A stretch of DNA of 64,000 bases, from contig VJWM01000119.1 in NCBI GenBank assembly GCA_010909165.1, forward strand, positions 372,001-436,000. Direction: 5' to 3'. Within the stretch, counting starts at the first letter, position 1; each line of letters starts with the position of its first letter. The stretch is from Anthoceros angustus. Taxonomy: Eukaryota > Plantae > Anthocerotophyta. Position numbers and translations under genes: made by a program. Shown here one piece after another: positions 35,262 through 47,465 of the stretch. The notes beneath the pieces were generated by a model, which worked only from the letters and a program-made list of their open reading frames with translations, was not told the DNA's origin and searched no databases.

Positions 35262-37840
35262 GTTTCAGGACCCAATCCGTGGTTGCAGGAGGTCTCTTCG
35301 TATGTTTAAGAGTTGACCAAGGACTCTCCTGCATGTACCCTTGTCAAGCGGGGAAGCTTCAGTGTGGTGCGAATGCATCGAAACCCTCATTGTCAAAGGT
35401 GCAAAATTCAAGGACAATGCCCTTAATTGTCACCCTGGAACCGTGGGTTGTGGGGACTCTAGCAGAACGGACAGAATTCAAGAAACGGTTTGTTTGGGTT
35501 GACCTGGGCGCGAGCGGGGAGGGCGGTTGTCCGGCTTGAACCCCGCTGCGAGAGTCTGACGCACCACGACCCGAGTCCTGCTCCACTAACAGCATGGTAT
35601 CCTGGGAGGTACCACTTATCGCATTCTCCTTGACCATGCTCCTCATGCCACCCGGAAGGGGCCCGGAGCTCGCGCTAGTACTATAATCTTCATTGCCACC
35701 ACTGGCGTTGCCGCTAGCCGCTCCTGTCATTTTCGAGGGGAGGCATGATCTCACCATTTTTGTGCTGCTACTCTTGTGTTTGAAATGTGCAACAAAATTC
35801 CAGAGGAAACAAATCATGCTTCATGCTACTGCTCTTTATTCAAATCTTCCGTTTGCACAAAGTTTGTCACTAGCTAGCTATAGCTAGCGCTTGCTAAGCA
35901 TAACGTCTACAACGTTCTAATTACCTGATTTCCGTGAAGATAGATAATCCTAAACTAACAATTGAATGTAGATATTCCTAGACATCATGCGAAATTCCAG
36001 CTGCCAAATTCCAACCAAGGATCCAAGCAGTGAGGGCTCTTGACCCCAAACTCCTTGCAATCGTAGGGGTACAAGGGAAGCCACCTCCAAGCCCCAGGCG
36101 TTTGGTGCAAATTGAGGGCCACGATCTTGTCCACCTTGTCATGCATGAAATATACTTGAAAATCTTTCCCGCCCACATCGACTCGCTAATAGTCTCCTCG
36201 AAGTAAGTGAACATGGGATAGGGCATTGTGTCCACCGCCATCCGTGTCATGACGAAGAAATCTAGCTCCCAGATCTCTAGACACCAATCTTCCACCCAAG
36301 AATCCAAACACGCCCAACACATGCCCAACCTCGGTCACGTTGATGAGGTTGCGGTCAACGATGTCAACCTCTTCGCGAGGCTTGGCCTGACCAACCAACT
36401 CCAGTTGCCGCTCCAAGTCGTAGGCCAACAAACTACCCGAGTCTTCTCCGTTTAGGCAATGCGGTACAACATGGTGCCAATGAACACTCCCGAGATCGAT
36501 TGGACCATACGTTGAAGAACTTGTTTTCCCAAGCAAGGTTGAGGTTGTCACAGGCAAAGTTTCGGGACCCAATCCGTGGTTGCAGGAGGTCTCTTCGTAT
36601 GTTTAAGAGTTGACCAAGGACTCTCCTGCATGTACCCTTGTCAAGCAGGACGGAAGCTTCCAGGTGAAGCTGGGTACCCGAATGCATGCAGAAACCCTCA
36701 TTGTCAAAGGTGCAAAATTCAAGGACAATGCCCTTAATTGTCACCCTGGAACCGTGGGTTGTGGGGACTCTAGCAGAACGGACAGAATTCAAGAAACGGT
36801 TTGTTTGGGTTGACTGGCGCGAGCGGGAGGCGGTTGTCCGCTTGAACCCCGCGAGAGTCCGACGACCACGACCCGAGTCTGCTCCACTAACGGCATGGTA
36901 TCACAGGAGGTACCACTTATCGCATTCTCCTTGACCATGCTCCTCATGCCACCCGGAAGGCCCGGAGCTCGCTAGTACTATAATCTTCATTGCCACCATC
37001 GGCGTTGCCAGCCGCTCCTGTCATTTTCGAGGGAGGCATGATCTCACCATTTTGTCTACTCTTGTGTTTGAAATGTGCAACAAAATTCGGAGGAAACAAA
37101 TCATGCTTCATCGCTCTTTATTCAAATCTTCCGTTTGCACAAAGTTTGTCACTAGCTAGCTATAGCTAGCGCTATACATAACGCCTACAACGTTCTAATT
37201 ACCTGATTTCCGTGAAGATAGATAATCCTAAACTAACAATTGAATGTAGATATTCCTAGACATCATGCGAAATTCCAGCTGCCAAATTCCAACCAAGGAT
37301 CCAAGCAGTGAGGGCTCTTGACCCCAAACTCCTTGCAATCGTAGGGGTACAAGGGAAGCCACCTCCAAGCCCCAGGCGTTTGGTGCAAATTGAGGGCCAC
37401 GATCTTGTCCACCTTGTCATGCATGAAATATACTTGAAAATCTTTCCCCGCCACGACCGTCAGCTCGCTAATAGTCTCCTCGAAGTAAGTGAACATGGGA
37501 TAGGGCATTGTGTCCACCGCCATCCAGGTCATGACGAAGAAATCTAGCTCCCAGATCTCTAGACACCAATCTTCCACCCAAGAATCCAAACATACGGCCA
37601 CGCACAGCAGCCGGTCCTGCACGTTGATGAGGTTGCAGTCAACGATGTCAACCTCTTCGCGAGGCTTGGCCACAGCCAACCAACTCCAGGTTGCCCGCTC
37701 CAAGTCGTAGGCCAACAAACTACCCGAGTCTTCTCCGTTTCCGGCAATGCAGTACAACATGGTGCCAATGAACACTCCCTGAGATCGATTGGACCATACG
37801 TTGAAGAACTTGTTTTCCGGCAAGGTTGAGGTTGTCACAG
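35262..37840. repeat. ~1.3-kb tandem duplication covering the F-box 3' half and its downstream region
   Basis: 35262-36555 matches 36559-37840 (GACCCAATCCGTGGTTGCAGGAGG...; AAATTCCAGCTGCCAAATTCCAACCAAGG). The copies differ mainly by small deletions. Confidence 0.9.
35985..36555 (-). pseudogene. Duplicated, frameshifted 3' half of the F-box gene at 37263
   Basis: ENKFFNVWSNRS, GSLLAYDLER, CLEIWELDFFVMT and WRWLPLYPYDCKEFGVKSPHCLDPWLEFGSWNFA* appear in different frames. Confidence 0.8.
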
Positions 37841-38948
37841 CCCAGCTCCCGAGCGTGGAATCGAAGACATAGGTAGGGATGGGATGGTTCCCACCCAATC
37901 CTAGATAATCTCGGGTATCGTTCAGTGCCACCAGCTTGAAGCAATGTGCCATGGTGTCCACAAACACGCCCAACACATGCCCAACCTCCAGGTCACCAGG
38001 CAACGCCGGCAGGCAAGCCCAAGAGCACGCCATCGGGTTGCCTATGTACGGGATGATAATATTGCGCTCCTCCTGCTTGTAGTACACAGCGGACACCAAC
38101 ACGCCGCCGCCCATAGATCTCGCAGGGAGCTCCAAAGTTCCATGCTTCCTCTCGGCTGTGAGGGCTTGAAGCCATGGCGGGAGTTGGAGCTGGTACCAGC
38201 GATCAGAGGCCGAGTCGTACATGCAAAAAACGGGGGGCTGCATGCTATGATCACAATAGCCTATTACGAACAACATAGATTCCCGGACTTCCCCTCGCGA
38301 TTCTAGGTGCGCTTTCAACAACCACGGCGATACCACCGCCGCATTCCACGCTCTACACACCACACGGGACCGTAGCAGATTCACCAATGGCAGCCGAGCT
38401 TGGATTGAGGCCACAACATCGTTAGGCAACTCGCTGCATACAACGTCATCTTCACCATCCACCAGAGAACTACCCTGGATTGAGGTCATAGCGTCTTGAG
38501 GTAGCTCGCTGTACACAACGTCCTCTTCACCATCCACCCGTTGAGAACTAGCCTGGATTGAGGCCATAGCAGCTTGAGGCAGCTCGCTGCACACAACGTC
38601 CTCTTCACCATCCACCCGTTGAGAACTAGCCTGGATTGAGGCCATAGCATCTTGAGGGAGCTCGCACACGTCCTCTTCAAAGATCCACCCGTTGAGAACT
38701 AGCCTGGATTGAGGCCATAGCAGCTTGAGGCAGCTCGCTGCACACAACGTCCTCTTCACCATCCACCCGTTGAGAACTAGCCTGGATTGAGGCCATAGCA
38801 TCTTGAGGGAGCTCGCTGCACACAACGTCCTCTTCAGCATCCACCCGTTGAGAATTAGCTTGGATTGAGGCCATAGCATCTTAAGGCAGCTCGCTGCAAA
38901 TAAGGTATCACAAAAGCCTTCCCTGAGATGCACAAGGTGGATTATCAC
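37263..38948 (-). CDS. F-box protein with kelch-like C-terminus and tandemly repeated N-terminus (true start uncertain)
   Basis: SELPNDVVASIQARLPLVNLLRSRVVCRAWN F-box motif followed by an open ~370-aa C-terminal region homologous to 44357-45613. Confidence 0.85.
   Translation of the reverse strand: MIIHLVHLREGFCDTLFAASCLKMLWPQSKLILNGWMLKRTLCAASSLKMLWPQSRLVLNGWMVKRTLCAASCLKLLWPQSRLVLNGWIFEEDVCELPQDAMASIQASSQRVDGEEDVVCSELPQAAMASIQASSQRVDGEEDVVYSELPQDAMTSIQGSSLVDGEDDVVCSELPNDVVASIQARLPLVNLLRSRVVCRAWNAAVVSPWLLKAHLESRGEVRESMLFVIGYCDHSMQPPVFCMYDSASDRWYQLQLPPWLQALTAERKHGTLELPARSMGGGVLVSAVYYKQEERNIIIPYIGNPMACSWACLPALPGDLEVGHVLGVFVDTMAHCFKLVALNDTRDYLGLGGNHPIPTYVFDSTLGSWAVTTSTLPENKFFNVWSNRSQGVFIGTMLYCIAGNGEDSGSLLAYDLERATWSWLAVAKPREEVDIVDCNLINVQDRLLCVAVCLDSWVEDWCLEIWELDFFVMTWMAVDTMPYPMFTYFEETISELTVVAGKDFQVYFMHDKVDKIVALNLHQTPGAWRWLPLYPYDCKEFGVKSPHCLDPWLEFGSWNFA
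38398..38900. repeat. 78-bp coding tandem repeat (~6 copies) encoding VDGEEDVVCSELPQxAMASIQASSQR
   Basis: TCCTCTTCACCATCCACCCGTTGAGAACTAGCCTGGATTGAGGCCATAGC with period 78 (e.g. 38521, 38599). One unit near 38660-38685 has an indel that changes frame. Confidence 0.92.
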
Positions 38949-39052
38949 AAATAACTTAATTCAATAATATGACATTCGGTATGGCGGAACACTATATATA
39001 GAGCCTTTGAGTTTGGTATAATCTCGATAAATATGAATTTGATTTCGTTGAC

Positions 39053-39130
39053 TGCGAAGTTGGAACGAAGTATGGAATACCAAAGTCGTCATGCGAAGTT
39101 GGAACGAAGTATGGAATACCAAAGTCGTCA
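39053..39130. repeat. 39-bp direct repeat, 2 copies
   Basis: TGCGAAGTTGGAACGAAGTATGGAATACCAAAGTCGTCA twice. Confidence 0.9.
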
Positions 39131-39158
39131 CGGAGCCACAAAGGGTTTTTATCGAGGA

Positions 39159-39207
39159 TGACATAAGAAGTTTTCTCGCCGCATAGGCGAGAAAACTTCT
39201 TATGTCA
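39159..39207. other. Perfect 22-bp inverted repeat with a 5-nt loop
   Basis: TGACATAAGAAGTTTTCTCGCC-GCATA-GGCGAGAAAACTTCTTATGTCA. Confidence 0.9.
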
Positions 39208-40892
39208 CACACTTGACGACATGGGCCGAGGGTGCTTGCCCCTTGTGTACCGATGTCATCATAAGGTGTGTCAAGATTCCTTTTAGGGTGCGATACACAT
39301 GGTTTTCTTTCTTAGGGTTGTCAAAACATCGGCCTTCGCCTATCCTCGCAAGTATCCATCTGGCCGTCAGTATGCTGTCAACAAACCGTCACCAGGCCTT
39401 TGAGGAAGAGAGCCTGGAGTAGCCATCCAGGGCTCACGCGACTGCAAAGCTAGATTGCTTCACGGATGGAGACTTCATAGGAGGATTACTTCACGCATGA
39501 CTTGAACGTCTTACATGCGCACATTCAGGGCCTTCGCGCCCTGAATGTGTGGTCCAGGCGAACCCTAAACATGTGTATTACAAAAACCCTAAATGGGGCA
39601 GGAATAAAACTAGATGACGACATCGGAACACCCGAGCGCAAGTTGTGAGACAAAAAGATTTCTGCCGCTTACGGCCCGTCGTGCAATGATGTGGCCCGTG
39701 TAGGATGAAGGAATCTTGAAGATGCCTCGGCATCTGAATGTAGAATACTGGACAAAAAAACCCTGTGACACGACCTGCCCCGTGACGACTTCGGTATTCC
39801 ATATCTGAGACCGAAGGTGGGAAGGCTGGGTTTCTAACTTGATATCCCATTGATTATATCCAATTGCAGGCGTGTACTGGTTCAAGACGGGGAACTGGAA
39901 ATGTATTTGGTCCTAGGGGTGGTATAGTAGGTGGAGGTGTGAACACAGACTTATTTGCGGAACACTTTCTTGAGGATCCAAATTAGTTAGGTCAGAGGCG
40001 CAGCCATGGTCTGCCGACGACTAATCCATGTTGTGCAAAGGAACTGTGAGAAGGGTGTGTGAAGCAACGGCTCTTCTTGCCTGTGGAGCATTACCAGCGG
40101 AGTGCTTTCTTTGTTTAGCCAGGGAGCTGTTAGGTCAGAAAATGTTATCTTGATGGAGGGATGTGTGGCGGAGGTATGCCTCCGCCAAGCTGGAGGACCA
40201 GCCAAGGCTGGCTGAAAAATGTAGAAGAGCAAGGGGGTCCCCTTACCAAGCTAAGCGGGAAGCATCATTCAGTTCCTACTTCGTCTGTACTGGTCTTTCA
40301 TTGTTGTCAAGTCTTGCTGCCTAGAGCAGGTCTTCTACAACATCTGTTCACTGCCCTCACAGTCGCATGCTGTCTTCACTTATGTGTGTGTGGAAAGTGC
40401 CATCATCTGTACTGAGTATTGTGCGTATGTTGAGAAATTGTACTGACAGTGATCAAGGCTCTTGTCTACGGGCTAAGCATCTGGGGGATTCCCCATTTTT
40501 CCTCAACCTGCATTAGTAACAAGTGTGTGATCAGTGATCTGTCATTATGTCCAATTAATTGCCTCAAGAGTGTGTTCATCAAGTCACGAGAGCAGTGTCG
40601 AAAGAGTGTGTTCATTAAGCCACAAGAGCAGGGTCGAAGTCACAAACCGTTGTTTAAAGTATCTGGGTCAGGAGAAGTAGAAACACTTATTGAGGAGTTG
40701 TGGTTAGGCCCCTTTTCAAAACAGTCTTTTCATAGAACCAAATGATGCTGCTATTCTGTACTGAAGAATCTTCCGTCAAAATCACCGTCCTGACAAAATT
40801 TATAGCTACTCTACCTCTCGCTATGTATGTGGTCTACGAGTGCTTACTGCGAATACAGTATTCCTAGAATGACAGTGGGAAAAAAATACTCC

Positions 40893-41195
40893 TTAACTTG
40901 CTATAAGGATCCGAATTCCAGCCAAAGATCTAGGCAATGAGGAATGTAGTGCACAGACTGCATCCAGATCGTCAGGGCTGTAGTGCACAAACTGCATCAT
41001 GATCGTGGCTCTCGATTTGCGACAAACGCCTGGGGCAGGAGAACAGCCATCTTCAAGCCCCAGGCATTCCGTCGCAAATCGAGAGCCACCACGATGTCCA
41101 CCTTGTCGTCCACGATGTACATTAGCCGAAATTTTTGCCCCGCACGACCTTGATGTATACTTGGAAATTCTGCCCCGCCACGACCTTGATGCTGC
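40893..41195 (-). pseudogene. 3' remnant of an F-box gene
   Basis: MYIVDDKVDIVVALDLRRNAWG...W and IPHCLDLWLEFGS match the C-terminus of the F-box at 37263. Contains a small internal inversion (GTGGCTCTCGATTTGCGAC / GTCGCAAATCGAGAGCCAC). Confidence 0.7.
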
Positions 41196-43589
41196 AAGCA
41201 AGTTTGAGGTAGAATTGGCCAGGACTTTTAAGGCAACATACCTCCCGGAAGCTATTTCCTGTAAGATTTTACCTTTAGAATCACAACTGAACAATCAGCT
41301 GAAAACAATCAGACCACCTCCTGAGTCTATTTAGGTATGTAAAAGGAAATCCTCTTTGCCTGCTTGGTCCGCAGTGGTAGCTTGAATTACCTCAATTCGA
41401 AGAACAATGTGGGTCTTGTGACACTCTTCGACGACAAATTTGACTAAAACCTTCTTGGAGTAAAGAACTGGAGGAAGTAGGACAGCTGCTGCTTCTAGCG
41501 GGAGCCCCTCTCACCATACAGTTCATTCCATTCCCAAAGTGCCTGGATGCTACAACATTCGGTGGCAAAACTTGCAGAAACCTGCTCAATGACCGGCTTT
41601 TACAATCCTCTCCCTTTACTCGATAACATGCAGACTGACCATAATTTTGCAGCACACAATCACCAGCTTGGTCACATCCCAGGATTCTGAAGACAAAGGG
41701 GTTCAAGACTTTTACCGTTGGTATCAAATGCACAAATGGCCTATTAGTCGCAGCTAGAGCAAGAACGGGATCACTGCCTTGTGTCAAAACCATCCCAATG
41801 TTTTTGACTCCGGCATGGCTTCATGCTCGCCAACCCTGGATCATTGGCCTAGCTCGCTGTCAAAAGATAACGGTCAGGGACATAGACATGGAGGGTACAT
41901 TCCCAAGTGGTGATTAACACAATAAGACCTGATTTATGGGTGTCACAGCCTACCTTCACCAGACCACCCTTGATGAACAACTCTGGCAGTCGCAGGGGAG
42001 GCATGACAAGCTCCTGGAGAGATTCTTTGACACCCTCCAGTGCACCAATGCGGAGAGATTCTTTGAGACCCTCCGGTGCACTGGTCAACCCAGAGAAATT
42101 GTTTAATTCTCTAAAAGATATAGCACAGCCGGGCCCTTTTGCAATAGGCCACTTAATACCCTGAACAGAGCCTCAAGCCAACGGCAGACCTGAAATAGGC
42201 CGTCCGTGCCACTGCAGAAAACCATACCCATGAAACAAACAAGACATGCCTGCGTCTTGGGAACTTGCTCTACTGCAGGCAGGTTCTACCGATTGGATTG
42301 TGCATGATTAAGCTGTCCATAGCAAACAGTGGTCGCAAAGCCTTCCTATATTCAAAAGTCTCTGAGGGTCCTCAACTATAGAGCACAGGTCGGAAGTCTC
42401 AAATCGATGTCAGGTTCCCTCAAGAGCGTTAGGGTTTAGGGTTCTTCTACAGTAGAAGAGTGGGACAAGTCACTCAAGGTTGAGCACATTGAGAGTCGGA
42501 GAATTGGTGACTGCGCTGAAGATAGCTTCTAGACAAGCTTTGCATACGATAGGGTTCCCAGATCCTTGAGAATGTCCTTCCGCGCACTGGCACAAGGAGC
42601 GGAAAGCACAAACCTATCCTTGAGACCTGCTTGAAGCTCCGACAACAGTCCGTGCCCGAAGTGGTTGCTCTTCTATGCTTGTTCCACCCTCAGACAAGCA
42701 TTCAACAGGTAGTTAGCTGAAGGAAACTCAATGCTTTCTTTCAAAAAATGGCCCGGAATGCAGATCAAGGCCAACCTGTGTCACTGGCTTCTGATAAATC
42801 TTCAGCAGGATATCCACGGCGTCCACGGTCACGGTCCCGGTAGCAGATGGGGAGCACCAGCACCCGCGACGGTGGAACCAAAAGGTGCAGCGGACCGTCT
42901 CGACTCTGGACTCTCGCTAGGTCATGGAAGAAACGGGCATGCAGGATGGCTACGTGGTGGGTCCACATGCTTTGGGAAGGTGCTCTATTACTTTGTCTGG
43001 AGATGTCGCTCATGCAGGTGCGGGCATGGAACCATGCCGGCAGAGGACGCAGCGGCCAGACGTGTTTTACTGTTTACTAAATCGGATATTTAGTAAACAT
43101 CCTGATATCAGAACAGAAATAAGATGTAGGTGATGTGTTACCTTTTCGGTCTCTGAAATTAAAATTATTAAAGTTAAAATTGACGAGAGGAAAAGTAACA
43201 CTGAGGATAAATAAAAATTGTAATCAAGGCAGCATGTTGTGAGAAGAATGAAAGTAGTTTCAGTTAACATTTACACCAATTAAATCCTAGAACTTGCATT
43301 TGCTGGAGAGAAAAAGTGTTGTATAGTTGAGTTCACATAAAGTTAAAATTCAAAAGTTATTGAGGAAAAATATGTCTAGCTCTCTCACAAAAAGTACGAT
43401 GCTTTGAAGTACTCTTGAGGAACTAGGCAAATTAGATCCATGTATATAATTAGAAGAAGAAGAATTTCATCAAACGTGTTAGGAGCAAACCTTTGTTTGT
43501 AGGAATGATTAAGGCTGTAGGTCCATTCCTTATAGGACAACAGAAATTGTAAACAGAGCATTTCACAATTTGTTCCATCTCAAGCAGTA

Positions 43590-43720
43590 GCAAAGATGTT
43601 TTTGGTTTGTTGGATCTGAAGGAGTAGTGAAGATGTTTTTGGTTTTGTTCGATCTGAAGGAGTCGCGAAGATGGTTTCGGTTTCGTTCGATCTGAAGGAG
43701 TAGCATAGATGTTTTTGGTG
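43590..43720. repeat. ~38-bp imperfect tandem repeat, ~3.5 copies
   Basis: AAGATGTTTTTGGTTT(T)GTTCGATCTGAAGGAGTAG variants. Confidence 0.8.
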
Positions 43721-44356
43721 AGAACTATAGAACTCTACAGCAATAGAAGTGAAGAAATGTACTTCGTTTCCCTAAGCTTTTTTAACCTCTCATTCGGTAG
43801 CTAAATTCAGTAGCAAAACAAAGTAGCATCCACTAAGACGTCTCTTTTAGGCGTAAGAGTTGATCAAATTCATAAACTAATTGGATTCTAATTGACCATA
43901 AATTGTGTTCGTCGTCGGTTTAGCCACAGGTTTGTTGCCTATGCCTTCTTTTCATTGCTTTCTCTTTTTCACACTTCTACAGATGCAATGGGATTTTTTT
44001 CAATCATCGGCAATTGGTGCCTCCGCATTGTATACAACATATCAATTTTATTTCAATCTATTTTTATTTTTATATCAATTTTTTAAAACTTTTAACCAAA
44101 AAAACAAAAAATTATAATCTATAATACACCCTCAACAATGAGCCCTTCCGCTTTAGGCAGAAGGCAAGCTTGTCACACCCGCCTGTAACCTCTTTCTGGA
44201 ATGGAAAGGATGAGAGGGCAAGGCCACAATATCCTCAAACATGGCCATGCTTTTTTCCAATCTTTGTGCTGTCCACTACGCTGGTGAGCAGGGGCAAGGA
44301 TATTGTAGTCTCAAACAGCAGCAGCTGGAATAGAGGGCGCTCGCTATACATATAAT

Positions 44357-45613
44357 CTACAAGTGATTGTTGCGGGCAGTTGAATATAGATACTGTTCCT
44401 CAACGTCTTCCTCCTGTTCCTGCGGGCACCTGGTGGATAATTTTCGCCAGGGATCCACGCAATGAAAGCTCTTGTGCACAAAAGGCTCGTAGGGGCAGGA
44501 GGGAAGCCACCTCCAAACCGCTGGAGTGTGTCCCAAATTGACAGCCGCGATCCTGTCCCACTTGTCATGCATCATGTATATTTCACAGTCCGCCGCCGCC
44601 ACAACCTTGATGCGCTCTCGAAGTATGAACCTGAGCACGCTAGTGCCCGGAACGGACCATTTCTCGGAAACGTGAGCGAACATGTGAGCGGGCATGGTGG
44701 CCAACGCGGTCCAGGCCATGCGCGCGAAATCCAGCTCCCAGATCTGCATCACGCACGCTGTGCCCAAGAGACCAAGGGCCACGCACAGCAGCCGGTGCTG
44801 CAAGCTGACGAGGTTGCAGTAGAAGATGATGAAGAAGTCAGGCTTTGCCACGGCCAACCAGCTCCAGCTGGCCCGCTCTAGGTGGTAGGCCAGCAGATTG
44901 CAGCCTTCGATGGAGAGTTCGGCAACGCAGTAGAGCACGGTGCCCACAAACGCTCCCTGACCGGACAAGCCGGAAAAGCTCTGGGTCGTGGGGAAATCCG
45001 AGGTTGTCACCTCCCAGCTCCCGGTCTCGGAATCGAAGACGTGGGTCGGAATTTGTCTTCGTCGATCCATGTCTCGGGCCAGATTCACCCGCGTCTTGTG
45101 CAGCGCTACTAGCTTGAAGCGGAGTGTCGCGGGGTCCACGAACACGCCCAACACATCCCTGATCCCCATGCCTTCCGGGAGCGCCGGCAGGGGGTTCCAC
45201 CAGCCCCTCACCGGGTTGACGATGTACTGAATGTACGTGGTGGACAGTAGCACGTTGCCGCCTGCCGACACCATGGGCATCTGCAAGAACATTTCCGGCG
45301 GAATCCAGTTCTGCCCGAAGTCTAGTAGCCCTGCTGGGGGTTGGAGCTGGTACCAGCGGTCCGAAGCGCGGTCGTAGACGCAGGAGGCGATGCTGTTGTT
45401 GGAGAGCCGGCCTGCTACGAACAACATACAATCCCACGATGCTGCTCCCGATTTCAGCCGCTCTTGCATCAACCAAGGCGACGGCACGGCTGCCAACTTC
45501 CACTCTTTGCACACAGCACGCGACCGGAGCAACATCACCAGCGGCAGTTGGGCCTGGATCTTGGCCACAATCTCTTCCGGCAGCTCGCTCCATTGAGCGT
45601 CCTCTGCATCCAT
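44357..45613 (-). CDS. Intact intronless F-box protein with kelch-like C-terminus (418 aa)
   Basis: MDAEDAQWSELPEEIVAKIQAQLPLVMLLRSRAVCKEWK F-box motif; YDRASDRW, NPVRGWWNPLPALP, VFDSETGSW and IWELDFARMAW beta-propeller-like motifs; uninterrupted ORF. Confidence 0.92.
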   Translation of the reverse strand: MDAEDAQWSELPEEIVAKIQAQLPLVMLLRSRAVCKEWKLAAVPSPWLMQERLKSGAASWDCMLFVAGRLSNNSIASCVYDRASDRWYQLQPPAGLLDFGQNWIPPEMFLQMPMVSAGGNVLLSTTYIQYIVNPVRGWWNPLPALPEGMGIRDVLGVFVDPATLRFKLVALHKTRVNLARDMDRRRQIPTHVFDSETGSWEVTTSDFPTTQSFSGLSGQGAFVGTVLYCVAELSIEGCNLLAYHLERASWSWLAVAKPDFFIIFYCNLVSLQHRLLCVALGLLGTACVMQIWELDFARMAWTALATMPAHMFAHVSEKWSVPGTSVLRFILRERIKVVAAADCEIYMMHDKWDRIAAVNLGHTPAVWRWLPSCPYEPFVHKSFHCVDPWRKLSTRCPQEQEEDVEEQYLYSTARNNHL

Positions 45614-46419
45614 TCAGGATTCTGTGTTTTCCCTCGCTTTGCTTGAACAGATTGACGATGTCGAACATCGAACACCCAGCTATACTAGCGGACTTAAATT
45701 AAATTAAATTCTTCTTCTTCTTCTACGGGGTTAGCTATATCACTAGTCACAAATAAGCACAACGGGTTTATCAAAGATATCACAAAACCTTTACTCTGAT
45801 ATTTGGTCGGTGTGTGTGAGATCAGTACATCTAGCTACACCTTGTGGTTGCATAGTGCAAAACCGCTAAAAATCACTACGCAAAGTGACCTATATAATCC
45901 TAGTCTTCTAACTCTTTACCTCTAACCTACTTTGCTTTATGGCCTTTCACTTTCTAGCGACCTATAAGACATGTGGAAGTAGAATCTTATGGGCTTCTAT
46001 TACCACGCCAGTGCTAACAGGTTCTGGGTTGCCGTTAAAGTGACCCTTTCAGATCCTACTTAGATCAATAGGGTGTTTGTTGCAGGTGGGAAGGCTGGAG
46101 TTTCTGACTTGATGCCATTGATCACATCCTGTGCATGTCGGATGTATGTATGCTTCTCATGAGAATCTGCAAGGTGGGATGAATGTGTTCACCATGGTTG
46201 CCGGACAGCCAGGTAAGTCCATACATGTGTACATGTGTCGATGTGGAAGAGAAGTTTGAAGCTAGGTGGCCATGTATTTGTGGCAACCATTCAAGCTTGT
46301 GCAATGGGAGCAGACTCTGCTCCTTCCTCTGAAGGAGCTTCATGAAGCTTCTTCCTTATAGACGAAGGAGCTTCATACGGTGATTATAGAAGGAGGGCAT
46401 CAAGCTTGCTAGGAGATTC

Positions 46420-46580
46420 AAAGGACTATGACTTGAAGAGTTAGAGTCCATCTTCTCCGACATGTGTTCAAATAGTGGCAGCTTGGAAAATGTTGAGAAA
46501 GTTTTTGGTGAGCGTGGGAAAGATAAGGTGACATGGAACATGATACGCTGGGCGTATCTTCACAGGCTACCAGAAGGAAG
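46420..46580 (+). pseudogene. Short PLS-PPR remnant
   Basis: DMCSNSGSLENVEKVFGERGKDKVTWNMI (S-motif-like MYxKCGSLExAxKVF...DVVTWN). Followed by degenerate CAGGATGCTACAAGA repeats to 46760. Confidence 0.55.
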
Positions 46581-47465
46581 CAGGATGCATTGCTACAAGA
46601 TGCTACAAGGTTGGGAAGCAACAGGATGCTACAAGATTGGGAAGCAACAGGAAGCTACAAGATTGGGAGGGACAACAGGATGCTACAGGAAGCAACAGGA
46701 TGCTACAAGATCTTGTAGCAACATGATGCTACAAGATCTTGTAGCAAGAGGATGCTACAGGATTGTACATTGGCAGCCCTAGCACAACGGAAGAAAGCCT
46801 GCAGTCACAAAGATGTGACAGGTGGACGGGGTGGGGAAGAATCCCATGCTCATGTGGGGTAGACATGTGGATTGCGTTGTAGGTGCTCCGAAAGCGTGGG
46901 GCTTCTCGTCTCTTTCCCCCAAAAATCCACCTCACAATCCAAAACAGTAAAAATTTCCCCGACGGAACACAAATGGGATGCAAGTGATGTGCTGTCCTAC
47001 CCTGGTCCCGGTCCATGGACGACAGGGCTCTTTCTTGAGAACTTGGGAGTCAAGAGGAGAACGGCAAACTTGCTTCTGCACTATGCACTGGCACTAGCAC
47101 ACTTTCTATAGATGGACATGCACCCACCCAGGTTCCAGCAAAGGCCTCCATGGAGTCAAGTTCCCACAACCTGTCCCGCACTGCCAGGCTACAGAATGTG
47201 ATAAAATAGTGGTCCATGCAGGATGGAGACGTCTTCTCCGTGGAATAATGCCGGGCGTCAAAGACGAGCTGTGCTGCTGTGGGCAGTGGGTGAGAGCCGG
47301 CGACGGCAGGGCCGAGCGGCCTTCTTGCTTGACTTTCCAGATGCCGGCGCCCGACTTCCGGCAACAGAGCGCTCCCAGATAGCACCTGCATTCAGACAAC
47401 GCATACTACGGTACCATGGTGGTCTCTGTTGTGGGTCCTTCGTCTGAAGCTTCCGAACGAAAGGG

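Noticed and set aside
35359-35817. Ser/Gly-rich minus-strand ORF (MVRSCLPSK...) as a gene
   Set aside because: No recognisable domain, and the frame is not preserved in the duplicate at 36600-37050.
38677-38948. N-terminus MIIHLVHLREG...LWPQSRLVLNGW of the 561-aa ORF taken as a real domain
   Set aside because: It is an alternate-frame translation of the 78-bp F-box-derived repeat, joined by an indel.
42428-42443. Telomeric repeat GTTAGGGTTTAGGGTT
   Set aside because: Only two units. This is at most an interstitial telo-box, not a chromosome end.
47050-47400. Further F-box/kelch remnant (DRLWELD...W)
   Set aside because: A single short motif, with no collinear support from the paralogs.
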